Origin: Caulobacterales bacterium
GTDB taxonomy: Bacteria > Pseudomonadota > Alphaproteobacteria > Caulobacterales > Aquidulcibacteraceae
DNA length: 64,000 bases
Direction of reading: 5' to 3'
Assembly (NCBI GenBank): GCA_044226655.1
Contig: JBGAGO010000004.1
Coordinates: 16,644-80,643 of the forward strand
Under the pieces are notes generated by a model. The model made no database searches. It saw only the letters and a list, made by a program, of their open reading frames with translations, and was not told the DNA's origin. Of this stretch, positions 7,389-16,553 are shown in pieces (within the stretch, counting starts at the first letter, position 1; every line of letters starts with the position of its first letter). A program made the translations under genes and the position numbers.

Positions 7389-9170
7389 CTAAAACGCCTC
7401 CGCGGCGAGCGCCATCAGCGGCGCGGCGCCGCTTTTGAGTTTGGCGAGATGTGCGCCGGTTTCGGGGAGTTTGCGGGCGAAGAAATAGGCGGCCGTCGTC
7501 AGCTTGGTCTCGTAGAACGGATCGCCGCCCTTCTTCGCGAGCGCCGTCTTCGCCATCAGCGCCCACATGTAGGAGAGCGCGGTGAGGCCGAAGAGATTCA
7601 AGAAATCATGGCTCGCAGCGCCGGCATTGTCTGGGTTCGCAAGCGCATTTTCGAACAGCCAGGTGACGCCGTCCTGCAAATCGTCGCGCGCGCGCTTCAC
7701 GCCGGCGGCGTAGTCCTTCATCGCCGCATCGCCCTCCTGCGCAGCGATGAACGCATCGAGTTCGGCGATGAAGGTTTGCAGCGGACGCCCGCCCTGCATC
7801 ATCAGTTTGCGGCCGACGAGATCGAGCGCCTGCACGCCATTGGCGCCTTCGTAGATCATGGTGATGCGGGCGTCGCGCACGAACTGGCTCATGCCCTGCT
7901 CTTCGATATAGCCGTGGCCGCCGAAAATCTGCTGGCAATCGGTGGCGGTGAGATAGCCGTAATCGGTGAGATAGGATTTCAGCACCGGCGTCATCAGCGC
8001 CATGTAATCGGACGCCTTCTCGCGCAGAGCATCGTCGGGCGAGACGTTCAGAAGATCCCCATAGAGCGCGGTCCAGAACGCGAAGCAGCGCGCGCCTTCG
8101 ATGAAGCATTTGGCGTCCATCAGCATGCGCCGCACATCGGGATGCACAATGATCGGATCGGCGGGGCCGTTCGGATTCTTCGGGCCGGTTAGCGCGCGCA
8201 TCTGCAGGCGGTCTTTCGCGTAGGCGACAGCGTTCTGATACGCGGTTTCGGCCTGCGCCATGCCCTGCAGACCCACGCCGAGGCGCGCTTCGTTCATCAT
8301 GGTGAACATGGCGTTCAGGCCGCGATTGGCCTCGCCGCAGAGATAGCCGATGGCGTCATCGTAATTGAGCACGCAGGTCGCATTGCCGTGAATGCCCATC
8401 TTCTCTTCGATCTTGCCGCACACGACGCCGTTGCGCGCGCCGAGCGAGCCGTCCGCGTTGAGCAAGAATTTCGGCACGACGAACAGCGAAATGCCTTTCG
8501 TGCCCTGCGGCGCGCCTTCGATGCGCGCGAGCACGAGATGGATGATGTTGTCAGCGAGATCGTGTTCGCCGGCGGAGATGAAAATCTTCTGGCCGGTGAT
8601 GCGGTAGGAGCCGTCCGCGGCCGGAACGGCCTTGGTGCGCAAAAGGCCCAGATCCGTGCCGCAATGCGGCTCGGTGAGGTTCATCGTGCCGGTCCATTCG
8701 CCGGTCACCATTTTGGGCAGATAGGTTTTCTTCAGCTCGTCCGCGCCGTGATGCAGGATCGCTTCATAGGCGCCATGGCTGAGCCCCGGATACATGCCGA
8801 ACGCCATGTTGGCGCTCGACACCATTTCGTTGAACGCGAGATTGACGATGCGCGGCAGACCCTGGCCGCCATAGGCCGGCTCGCTCGACAGCGAGGGCCA
8901 GCCGCCCTCGCACATTTGTTTATACGCGTCCTTGAAGCCCGTCGGCGTCTTCACCGACCCATCGGCGCTGCGCGTGCAGCCTTCGCGGTCGCCAACCGCA
9001 TTCAGCGGCGCCAGCACGTTTTCGCAGAGCTTGGCGCCCTCTTCGAGAATCTGCTCGACGAGATCGAGCGGCGCATCCGCGAAGCGCGGCAGGTTGGCGT
9101 AGCGCTCCAGTTCGAGCACGTCGCGCAAAAGAAAACGGTATTCGCGCAGCGGCGCGGCATAGCTGGGCAT
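7389..9170 (-). CDS. long-type acyl-CoA dehydrogenase (about 590 aa, with C-terminal extension domain)
   Basis: ACAD N, middle and C domain patterns (GGQGLP, LTEPHCGTDL, ISAGEHD, FGGHGYIEE). 593 aa. Confidence 0.9.
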   Translation of the reverse strand: MPSYAAPLREYRFLLRDVLELERYANLPRFADAPLDLVEQILEEGAKLCENVLAPLNAVGDREGCTRSADGSVKTPTGFKDAYKQMCEGGWPSLSSEPAYGGQGLPRIVNLAFNEMVSSANMAFGMYPGLSHGAYEAILHHGADELKKTYLPKMVTGEWTGTMNLTEPHCGTDLGLLRTKAVPAADGSYRITGQKIFISAGEHDLADNIIHLVLARIEGAPQGTKGISLFVVPKFLLNADGSLGARNGVVCGKIEEKMGIHGNATCVLNYDDAIGYLCGEANRGLNAMFTMMNEARLGVGLQGMAQAETAYQNAVAYAKDRLQMRALTGPKNPNGPADPIIVHPDVRRMLMDAKCFIEGARCFAFWTALYGDLLNVSPDDALREKASDYMALMTPVLKSYLTDYGYLTATDCQQIFGGHGYIEEQGMSQFVRDARITMIYEGANGVQALDLVGRKLMMQGGRPLQTFIAELDAFIAAQEGDAAMKDYAAGVKRARDDLQDGVTWLFENALANPDNAGAASHDFLNLFGLTALSYMWALMAKTALAKKGGDPFYETKLTTAAYFFARKLPETGAHLAKLKSGAAPLMALAAEAF

Positions 9171-9218
9171 CGGACGCTCCTCAGACGCGCCCGTCTTTCG
9201 GCGCGCCGGGAGACGCCG

Positions 9219-9659
9219 TCAATGCGCCTCTTGGAGCGCCTTGCTCTTCGCTTTGGCGGCGCGCGGCGCAGGCTCAGGCCCGGCGGCGACGACCGCTTCC
9301 ATGCGCGTGATCGCGTCCTGCAGCATGGCGATCGCCTCATCGACGTCGCGGCGCTGCGATTCGAGGGCGACGATGCGGGATTTGAATTTCTTCAACGCCA
9401 CCGCGTTCTGCGCCTTGTTCTCACCATCAACGCCGTAAAGGTCGAGGATCTCTTTGATGTCGAGCAGGGAGAGACCGACGCGCTTGCCGCGCAGGATCAG
9501 CGTGAGACGGGCGCGGTCGCGGCCGAAATAGACGCGCGTCAGGCCATCGCGGCGCGGGCTCAAAAGGCCCTTGTCTTCGTAAAAGCGCAGCGCGCGCGCC
9601 GTACACCCGAACTCCCGCGCCAGTTCGGAGATCGAGTATGTGCGATCCGTCTTCGACAT
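9219..9659 (-). CDS. MerR-family transcriptional regulator (LiuR-like context)
   Basis: HTH sequence YSISELAREFGCTARALRFYEDKGLL followed by a coiled-coil tail. It lies immediately upstream of the acyl-CoA dehydrogenase. The start is taken at the internal ATG. Confidence 0.85.
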   Translation of the reverse strand: MSKTDRTYSISELAREFGCTARALRFYEDKGLLSPRRDGLTRVYFGRDRARLTLILRGKRVGLSLLDIKEILDLYGVDGENKAQNAVALKKFKSRIVALESQRRDVDEAIAMLQDAITRMEAVVAAGPEPAPRAAKAKSKALQEAH

Positions 9660-9708
9660 GGGCCGAAGCCCTCCCTTTGGTCTTGTGTAACGCAGTTTCT
9701 GCATAAGG

Positions 9709-9722
9709 TGACGCGGGCGTCA
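9709..9722. promoter_or_regulatory. candidate operator palindrome TGACG-CGGG-CGTCA
   Basis: A perfect 5+5 inverted repeat lies 50 bp upstream of the MerR gene start, in a divergent intergenic region. Confidence 0.3.
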
Positions 9723-9767
9723 ACATACAAGCGCGGCCGACGCGACGCCAGCCGAGGATAGAGCCGT

Positions 9768-10433
9768 TTGAAGAGTTTTGCCCCTATCGCCCTGCTGCTC
9801 GCACTTTTCCTCTCAGGATCGGCGGTCATGCGGTTTCATAATACCGCAACACTGGTCGCGCCGACCGCTTGCCCGGCGGCGCCAGGGGCGGAAGCGCTTG
9901 CGGACCTGCCGGCGCAAACCATCGTGCTGATCGATGGCGCGCCGGACGCGGCGGCCCGGGCGGGCGCGATCCTGGCCTGCTTCGCCCAGGCGCGGGGCGA
10001 GACGGTGCGCATCTTCTCCACAGAAGCGGCGGCGATGGCGCTCTCCGGCGTGCGCGCGCAGATCGTCGCCCTGCCCGCCGCGCCGTCCCATGGCGAGGAT
10101 TACGCGGACGCGCAGCGCGACGGCGACGCGCGTGCAGCGCTTTATGAACAGATGCTCGTTTCGGCTGCGCACTTATCTGGGCGCCGTGTGGTGATCGTCG
10201 CTGCGCCTGATGCGGCGCGCGCGTCGCTCGGCGTCGCCGCATTCACCTGGCGCCCGCTCGGCGCGCGTCTCACCGACGCGGTCGCGCTGCGCGCCGAAGC
10301 GAGCACGCGGCCCGGCGTGCGCTTCAAACGCCGCCGTTATGAAGACATCCCCAGTCGTGGCGCCGCGATGCGTTATGACGGCGTTGTGGAGATTGGACCG
10401 GCGCCGCGCGCGGCCGACTTGCGCGGCCGGTGA
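9768..10433 (+). CDS. hypothetical protein with N-terminal signal-like segment (TTG start)
   Basis: The ORF has high GC3 and starts MKSFAPIALLLALFLSGSAV. No family recognised. Confidence 0.45.
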   Translation: MKSFAPIALLLALFLSGSAVMRFHNTATLVAPTACPAAPGAEALADLPAQTIVLIDGAPDAAARAGAILACFAQARGETVRIFSTEAAAMALSGVRAQIVALPAAPSHGEDYADAQRDGDARAALYEQMLVSAAHLSGRRVVIVAAPDAARASLGVAAFTWRPLGARLTDAVALRAEASTRPGVRFKRRRYEDIPSRGAAMRYDGVVEIGPAPRAADLRGR

Positions 10434-10495
10434 GTGTGGCGGCGCGGACGCGGGCCACGATGCGCGTTATCCAATCTTGCGTGTGCGTTCACCAT

Positions 10496-10511
10496 TTTAC
10501 GCGTCATTAAC
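10496..10511 (+). promoter_or_regulatory. CtrA-box-like motif TTTA-N7-TTAAC upstream of podJ
   Basis: The sequence is tttacgcgtcattaac, about 100 bp upstream of the podJ ATG. One half-site deviates from the TTAA-N7-TTAAC consensus. Confidence 0.3.
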
Positions 10512-10612
10512 ACCGCTCGGAGTCTCCTTCACACTAACAGCGCGCGTGTGATTCTGCATGCGTGCGGGGGCGGTGTTCGGTTCGGACGCGGATCGACGCT
10601 AATGAGGGCGAA

Positions 10613-13600
10613 ATGAGCGCACAGTCCTGGAGCGTAAAAGGGATCGATCCGAAGGTGCGCGAAGCTGTGCGGGAAGCCGCGGCGCGCCAGGGCATGAGCC
10701 TCGGTGAATATCTCAACCAAGCACTGCTCAATCACGAAATCGAAACGAAAGATGCGCCGCCTCAGCCGCGCCCGCCGCTGCGGCCACGGACGACGCGCGT
10801 GGTGTCGTCCCAGCCGGTCGAGGATCTCGACGATTGGCTGCTGTCGGCGCCGACCGACATGACGCGCAACGCCGATCCGGCGCGCATGGCGCATCGGCTG
10901 GATAACATCGAACGGCGCACGCAATTGGCCGTGACGGGCCTCGACCGCGCCGTCAGCACGATCGACCGCTCGGTGCTGGGCCTGGCGGGCCGCGTGGACG
11001 ACGCCGAAGAAGTGGCGCGCGAAAGCGCCGATCGCATCGCCGATGCGCTCGAACAATTCCGCGCCGCCGGCGAGGTTCTGAGCGGACGCCTGATCGACGC
11101 CGAAGGCGATGCGCGCCAATCGCGCGAATTGCTGGAGCAAGCCGCGCGTGAGCTCGGCGAGACGCGCGACGACCTCACGCAGCGCGCCCAATCCGCCGAC
11201 GAGATCGCTCGCCGCGCGGAACTGGCGACAGTCAACCTGTCGCGCGACCTGCAGGAGCGCGCGACCGCGCTCAGCCAGCACATCGAAGATGTCGACGCGG
11301 ACGCGAAATACGCCATCGGCGTGGGTCTCGCGGAATCGCGGGCCGCCGCCGAAGCCGCCGCGCGCGAAGCCGCCCATGCGGCGAGCGAAGCCGTCGAAGA
11401 AATCCGCGCGCTGCAGGAAACCATGGCGCGCCGGCTGAGCGACAGCGAAGCGCATACGCGCGACTATGTCGCCACGGCGATCGAAAATACGCGCACGCAA
11501 CAGGAAGCGATCACCTCGCGCGTTGCGCGCGGCGAAAACGAATTCCGCCGCGCCTATGACGGGCTCTCCGAGCGGCTGGCCGGCCTCGAAACCGGCGCGC
11601 GCTTCGCGATCGACGAAGTCGCCACCGAAATCCGCGCCGCACAATCGGGCCTCGCGCAGCGCCTGGAGCGCATCGAACAAGCCTCGCGCGAAGGCACGGC
11701 AGGTCTGCGCCAGGCCGCGGGGGCTGCGATCGCCGATCTGCGCAACGCGCAATTGGGTCTCTCCGCGCGGCTCAAGCTGGTCGAGGAATCCTCCGGCGCG
11801 AGCGTCGATTTCAGCGAGTTCAAGGACGCGCAGGCCGCGCTGGCCGAGCGCCTCACCAAGCTCGAATCCGCACCCGATTATCACGCCGATCTCTCCGCCA
11901 TCGCGGCGCGCCTCGAACGCGTCGAGAGCGCGGAAGGCCCGGACATCGACGGCGCGCTCGCCGCGTTCGACGCCAAGCTCGGCGCGCTGGAAGCGCGGCT
12001 GAGCGAGCGCACGGCGCAAACCGGATCCGGCGATGACGCGCTGCATGCGCGCCTCGATGAAATCTGGTCGCGCCTCGGCGCGCATGATGACCGCGTCTCG
12101 GACTCCAACGCGCAAGTGCGCACGCTGGAAGACAGCCTGCATCGTCTGGCCGAGCGGCTCGCCGAGACGGAGAGCACGGCCAATACGGCGATCCGCACAC
12201 TCGAACAGACCATCGCCAGCGTCGAAGCCAAGACCGCCGGCCCGGATACGGCGCAGCAGACCGAAGCTGTGCGCCAGGTCCTCGAACAGCGCCTCAACGA
12301 CATGGCGCAAGCCACCGAGGCGATGATCCACGATCTGCGCACGGAGCTCGTCGACCGCGCCAATGCGGCGCGCGACAGCGAGATCGGCGCCGAACATATC
12401 GACGGCCTGGAAGGCGCGGTCGCCGATGTGAACCGCCGCCTCGCCGCGGCCGAACGGCGCCAAGCCCAGACCATCGAAGCGATCTCGATCGAGATCAAAC
12501 GCATGTCGGAAACGGTCGATCGCCGCCTGCGCGCGGTCGAAACCAAAGGCGACGGCGATCCCGACGCGAACGCCGCCGTGCGCGAAGAAGTGTCGCGCCT
12601 GGCCCGCGCGCTCGAAGCCCGCTTCGAGGAAATCGAACGCCGCGAAGCCGCCGCGTTCGACCGCATGGGCCTGGAAGTCGGCCGCCTGTCCGAGCGTCTC
12701 GAAGATCGCTTCGCCGCGGTGGAAGGCCGCAGCGCACAGGCGATCGAGCAAGTCGGCGAGCAAGTCGCCCGCATGGCCGAGCGCTTCAATCAGCGCCAGG
12801 AAGGGCTCGCGCGCGAATTGGGCGAGCGGGTGTTGGATGGCGAAGAGCGTTCCAATGCGCGCATCGCGGACGCCATCTCCGGCATCATGCATCGCTTGAG
12901 CGAAGTGGAAGCGCAATCGGTCGAAGCCGTGACGCCGGTGGCGCGCGCGATGTCGACGGTCGCTTCGCGGCTGCAAGCGCTTGAGAACAACAATGGCGCA
13001 GAAGACGATATGCCGACGCCCGCGCGCCGGATTGAAGATCGCGCCGCGCCCCCGCCGAGCATTTTCGGCGAACCTTTGGAGGAAGCGCCGCCCGTCGTTG
13101 AAACGCCGCCGCCGCCGATGGCGTTCGATGAGCCGAGCGACGACGATTACTACGATCTGAACGATGACGAGCCGCTGGCCTCGTTCCAGCCGCCGGCCGA
13201 ACCGCCCGTGCGCGCGGGCCCGATCGCGCCCGGCCAGCGCATGGAAATCAAATCGCTCGATCTCGATGCGTTCACCGAGGACGAGCGCGTCATCGCGCCG
13301 CCGCCGGAAGACGACGATCCATTCTGGACGCCCGAAAGCGATGAGACCGTGTCCGCCGACGGCGTTCCCAGCGTTGCGGCGGAAGACGATGCGCTGTTCG
13401 CGGACGAGCTCGAACCGCTGGAAACGCCCGCGCCTGCCGAAAAGGCCGATTATCTGAGCGCCGCGCGCCGCGCCGCCCAGGCGCAATCCTCGCCCGCGAA
13501 AGGCAAGGACAAGAAACCGGCGAAGGCCGCCAAGGCGCCGAAAACGCCGAGCGTGAAGCGCGAAGCGAGCCCGAGCCTGCGCGGGTCGAGCCGGGTCGTG

Positions 13601-14554
13601 TTCTGGGGCGCGGCCGGCGCGATCGCGCTGCTGGTCTCCGGCGGCGCCTATGTGCTGAGCCACAGCGACAACGACAATTCCACCGTCGATAACACGCCGC
13701 CGCAGCCGCAATCGTTCGACGCAGCGCCCGCCGCGCCGCCCGTGGCACCGTTCGACTCTGCTGCGCCGTCAACCGAGGCCACGGCGATTGCGCCGCCCGC
13801 TGATCCGGCCGCGGCGCCCGCTTCGGCTGCGCCCGCCTCCGCGGCCGCGCCTGCGCAAACGCCAGTGGCGGACGCGCACCCGGTCGAAGGGCCGCGGGTC
13901 GCAACGGCTGTTGCAGCGCCCGTCGCGCAACGTTCGGTCTCACTCGAACAAGCCGCCGCGCGCGGCGATGCGGTCGCGCAATACGAACTCGCCTTGCAAC
14001 GCCTCACCGCGAGCCGCACGCAGGACGGCGTGACCTTGCTGCGCCAATCGGCCAATCAAGGGCTCGCGATGGCGCAATATCGCCTGGCCAAGCTCTATGA
14101 GCGCGGCGAAGGCGTACCGGCCGATCTCAACATGGCGCGCAGCTGGACCGAACGCGCCGCCGCCGCCGGCAATCGGCGCGCGATGCACGATCTCGGCGTC
14201 TATTTCGCGCGCGGCGAAGGCGCCCCGCTCGATGAGGCCGCCGCGTTCCGCTGGTTCCGCCAAGCGGCTGAGCTCGGCGTGGCCGACAGCCAGTTCAATC
14301 TCGGCGTCCTCTACCAGCAGGGCCGCGGCGTCGGCGCCAATCCCGCCGAAGCGCTGTTCTGGTTCCTGGTCGCGGCGCGGCAGGGCGATGAGGACGCGGG
14401 CGCGCGCGCAACCGCGCTCGAATCCCAATTGCAGCCGATCCAGGTCGAGCAGGCCCGGGCGCGCGCGAGCGCTTTCCGTCCGCGCGCCGCGAGTGCACGC
14501 GCGAACGGCGAATTCGGTCCGCGTCCTTGGGCCGCATCTCCCGCGCGCAGCTGA
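10613..14554 (+). CDS. podJ: PodJ-like polar organelle development / localisation factor
   Basis: The N-terminus WSVKGIDPKVREAVREAAARQGMSLGEYLNQAL is PodJ-type. A ~900-aa coiled-coil and acidic region follows, then one TM segment (VVFWGAAGAIALLVSGGAYVL), a Pro/Ala-rich linker and C-terminal Sel1 repeats (AQYRLAKLYERGEGVP..., MHDLGVYFARGEG, QFNLGVLYQQGRGV). Confidence 0.8.
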   Translation: MSAQSWSVKGIDPKVREAVREAAARQGMSLGEYLNQALLNHEIETKDAPPQPRPPLRPRTTRVVSSQPVEDLDDWLLSAPTDMTRNADPARMAHRLDNIERRTQLAVTGLDRAVSTIDRSVLGLAGRVDDAEEVARESADRIADALEQFRAAGEVLSGRLIDAEGDARQSRELLEQAARELGETRDDLTQRAQSADEIARRAELATVNLSRDLQERATALSQHIEDVDADAKYAIGVGLAESRAAAEAAAREAAHAASEAVEEIRALQETMARRLSDSEAHTRDYVATAIENTRTQQEAITSRVARGENEFRRAYDGLSERLAGLETGARFAIDEVATEIRAAQSGLAQRLERIEQASREGTAGLRQAAGAAIADLRNAQLGLSARLKLVEESSGASVDFSEFKDAQAALAERLTKLESAPDYHADLSAIAARLERVESAEGPDIDGALAAFDAKLGALEARLSERTAQTGSGDDALHARLDEIWSRLGAHDDRVSDSNAQVRTLEDSLHRLAERLAETESTANTAIRTLEQTIASVEAKTAGPDTAQQTEAVRQVLEQRLNDMAQATEAMIHDLRTELVDRANAARDSEIGAEHIDGLEGAVADVNRRLAAAERRQAQTIEAISIEIKRMSETVDRRLRAVETKGDGDPDANAAVREEVSRLARALEARFEEIERREAAAFDRMGLEVGRLSERLEDRFAAVEGRSAQAIEQVGEQVARMAERFNQRQEGLARELGERVLDGEERSNARIADAISGIMHRLSEVEAQSVEAVTPVARAMSTVASRLQALENNNGAEDDMPTPARRIEDRAAPPPSIFGEPLEEAPPVVETPPPPMAFDEPSDDDYYDLNDDEPLASFQPPAEPPVRAGPIAPGQRMEIKSLDLDAFTEDERVIAPPPEDDDPFWTPESDETVSADGVPSVAAEDDALFADELEPLETPAPAEKADYLSAARRAAQAQSSPAKGKDKKPAKAAKAPKTPSVKREASPSLRGSSRVVFWGAAGAIALLVSGGAYVLSHSDNDNSTVDNTPPQPQSFDAAPAAPPVAPFDSAAPSTEATAIAPPADPAAAPASAAPASAAAPAQTPVADAHPVEGPRVATAVAAPVAQRSVSLEQAAARGDAVAQYELALQRLTASRTQDGVTLLRQSANQGLAMAQYRLAKLYERGEGVPADLNMARSWTERAAAAGNRRAMHDLGVYFARGEGAPLDEAAAFRWFRQAAELGVADSQFNLGVLYQQGRGVGANPAEALFWFLVAARQGDEDAGARATALESQLQPIQVEQARARASAFRPRAASARANGEFGPRPWAASPARS

Positions 14555-14647
14555 GCGAATTCTTGCGATGTCGCGCGTTGCTCTCGGGCGCGCGCGCTTC
14601 CACTATGCATGTCGAGGACGATTTCAGGCCGCGCCTGATGCTCTGAC

Positions 14648-15568
14648 ATGATGACCCTTTATCTGCCGATCGCCGAAATGCCGGTGAACGTGCTGCTCAT
14701 CGTCTTGGTGAGCGGCCTGGTGGGCTTTGTCTCGGGCCTGGTGGGCGTGGGCGGCGGCTTCATCATGACGCCAGCGCTGATTTTCGTGGGCCTTCCCGCG
14801 CCCGTGGCGGTGGCGACGGGCGCCAGCCAGATCGCTTCGACCTCCTTTTCGGGCCTCTTGCCGCAAATCCCGCGCCGTAATGTCGACTGGAGGATGGGAC
14901 TTTTGCTGTCCTGCGGCGGGGTGCTGGGCAGCGTGTCGGGCGTCGGCCTCTTCCACCAATTGCTGAGCATCGGCCAGCTCGATGTCGTCATCCTGGTGCT
15001 CTACGTCATCTTCCTGTCGATCATCGGCGGGCTGATGCTGTCGGAAAGCATCGCGGCCATGCGCGGCGCGCGCATGGCGGGGCGGCCCTCGCCGGTCGCG
15101 CAGGGCGCGCGCATGATCGCGCATGTGCTGCCGCTGCGGCTGCGGTTTCCACGCTCGGGGCTCTACATCTCCATCCTGCCGCCTTTGGCGCTGGGCTTCG
15201 GCGTGGGCGCGCTGGCGGCGGTGATGGGCGTGGGCGGCGGCTTCATCCTCGTGCCGGCGATGATCTATCTCTTGCGCATGCCGACCAATGTCGTGATCGG
15301 CACCTCGCTCTTCCAAGTACTGATCGTCTCCACGCTCGTCGTCATCCTGCAATCGAGCGTGACGCAGACCGTGGACATCGTGCTCTCCGCGCTTCTGATG
15401 CTTGGCGGCGTGATCGGCGCGCAATTGGGCGCACGCGTCGGCGCACGGCTGCGCGCGGAGCAATTGCGCGCGGCGCTCGGCGCCATTCTGGTGGCCACGA
15501 GCCTCAAATTCCTGTGGGACCTCGTGGTGCGCCCCGCAGAACTCTTCACGCTCGGCCCGCACGCATGA
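14648..15568 (+). CDS. TauE/SafE (DUF81) family sulfite/anion exporter
   Basis: Two GVGGGFI motifs and about eight TM segments. Confidence 0.85.
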   Translation: MMTLYLPIAEMPVNVLLIVLVSGLVGFVSGLVGVGGGFIMTPALIFVGLPAPVAVATGASQIASTSFSGLLPQIPRRNVDWRMGLLLSCGGVLGSVSGVGLFHQLLSIGQLDVVILVLYVIFLSIIGGLMLSESIAAMRGARMAGRPSPVAQGARMIAHVLPLRLRFPRSGLYISILPPLALGFGVGALAAVMGVGGGFILVPAMIYLLRMPTNVVIGTSLFQVLIVSTLVVILQSSVTQTVDIVLSALLMLGGVIGAQLGARVGARLRAEQLRAALGAILVATSLKFLWDLVVRPAELFTLGPHA

Positions 15569-16353
15569 GGGCGCTCGCGCTGCTCTTGTTGATCGCGCTG
15601 GTCTGCGTCGAGGCGAGCTCCGCGCAGACCGCCGCCGCACCTTCCACGGGCGCAACGCAAGCGGCGCAGGAATTGCCGGCCGCCGTCACGGAAGACGAGA
15701 TCGCGGTCAATTCGGATTATCGCGGCTTCTCGATCACCGTGTTCGGCTTCAATCCCGATCGATATGGGCGGGGTGACGTGGTGGTCGCCGTGCGCGGGCC
15801 CAATCGCGCGGCGATCGTGCAGCGCAAGCGGCGCTGGTTCGGCCTCTGGGTGAACGGCCCGCCGGTGCATTTCTCGCAGGCGCCGACTTTCCATGCCGTG
15901 ATCAGCGCGCGCCCGCTGCGGCGCATCGCGAGCCCGCAGGAAATCTGGGCGCTGAAGCTCGATCCCGCCGCCAGCGCGCAGCTTTCCGGCGCCGTGCCAC
16001 CCGACGCCGATCCCAGCGCCTATCGCGAAGCGCTGGTGCGGCTGCGCAGCGAAGCGGGCCTCTACAGCGAAAACGCGCGCGGGCTCGAGATGCTGAGCGG
16101 CAACCGCCTCTTCCGCGCGCAAATCCGCATTCCGGCGAACGCGCCGCTCGGCGATTACGTGGCCGATGTCTATCTGTTCCGGAATGGACGCATGGTGTCG
16201 GCGCAGCGCAGCCCGGTGAGCGTGTCGCGCGCGGGCTTCGAGCGGCGCGTGCACGATCTCGCGACGGGCGAGCCGTTCTTCTATGGCCTGCTAGTGGTGG
16301 CGATGGCGCTCGGCGCCGGCTGGGGCGCGGCCTACGCGTTCCGCCGCAGCTAG
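15565..16353 (+). CDS. TIGR02186 (Alph_Pro_TM) family protein
   Basis: ATGA overlap with the tauE stop. It has a signal peptide (MRALALLLLIALVCVEASSA) and a C-terminal TM segment. I recall this pairing with DUF81 as typical of alphaproteobacteria. Confidence 0.65.
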   Translation: MRALALLLLIALVCVEASSAQTAAAPSTGATQAAQELPAAVTEDEIAVNSDYRGFSITVFGFNPDRYGRGDVVVAVRGPNRAAIVQRKRRWFGLWVNGPPVHFSQAPTFHAVISARPLRRIASPQEIWALKLDPAASAQLSGAVPPDADPSAYREALVRLRSEAGLYSENARGLEMLSGNRLFRAQIRIPANAPLGDYVADVYLFRNGRMVSAQRSPVSVSRAGFERRVHDLATGEPFFYGLLVVAMALGAGWGAAYAFRRS

Positions 16354-16380
16354 CCTGCGTATTCCAACTGCGCGCCGCTT

Positions 16381-16523
16381 GTCCTTCTCCCCTTGTGGGA
16401 GAAGGTGGATCGCCGCGAAGCGGCGAGACGGATGAGGGGTGTTTTCGCTCTTCTTTCAGAACAAGCGCCGTCACCCCTCATCCGGCCCTTCGGGCCACCT
16501 TCTCCCACAAGGGGAGAAGGACG
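16381..16523. repeat. composite palindromic element, empty copy (no ORF in centre)
   Basis: Left arm: gtccttctccccttgtgggagaaggtgg...acggatgaggggtg. A 29-bp centre follows. Right arm: tcacccctcatccg...ccaccttctcccacaaggggagaaggac. Confidence 0.75.
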
Positions 16524-16553
16524 AGGGTCGTGTTCTTACGGCCTGTCTTAGGT

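Noticed and set aside
9183-9196. Palindrome AGACG-CGCC-CGTCT between the MerR gene and the acyl-CoA dehydrogenase.
   Set aside because: Only the 4+4 core (GACG/CGTC) matches the other two sites. By a rough base-frequency estimate, several such 4+4 matches are expected by chance in 64 kb of this GC content.
10529-13711. 1060-aa antisense ORF opposite podJ.
   Set aside because: It is an Arg/Ala/Gly-rich low-complexity translation with no recognisable domains. It mirrors the strongly supported podJ frame and is a typical GC-rich shadow ORF.
14624-15655. 343-aa antisense ORF opposite tauE.
   Set aside because: It is a His/Arg/Asp/Ala-rich low-complexity translation. The tauE frame has the expected TM pattern.
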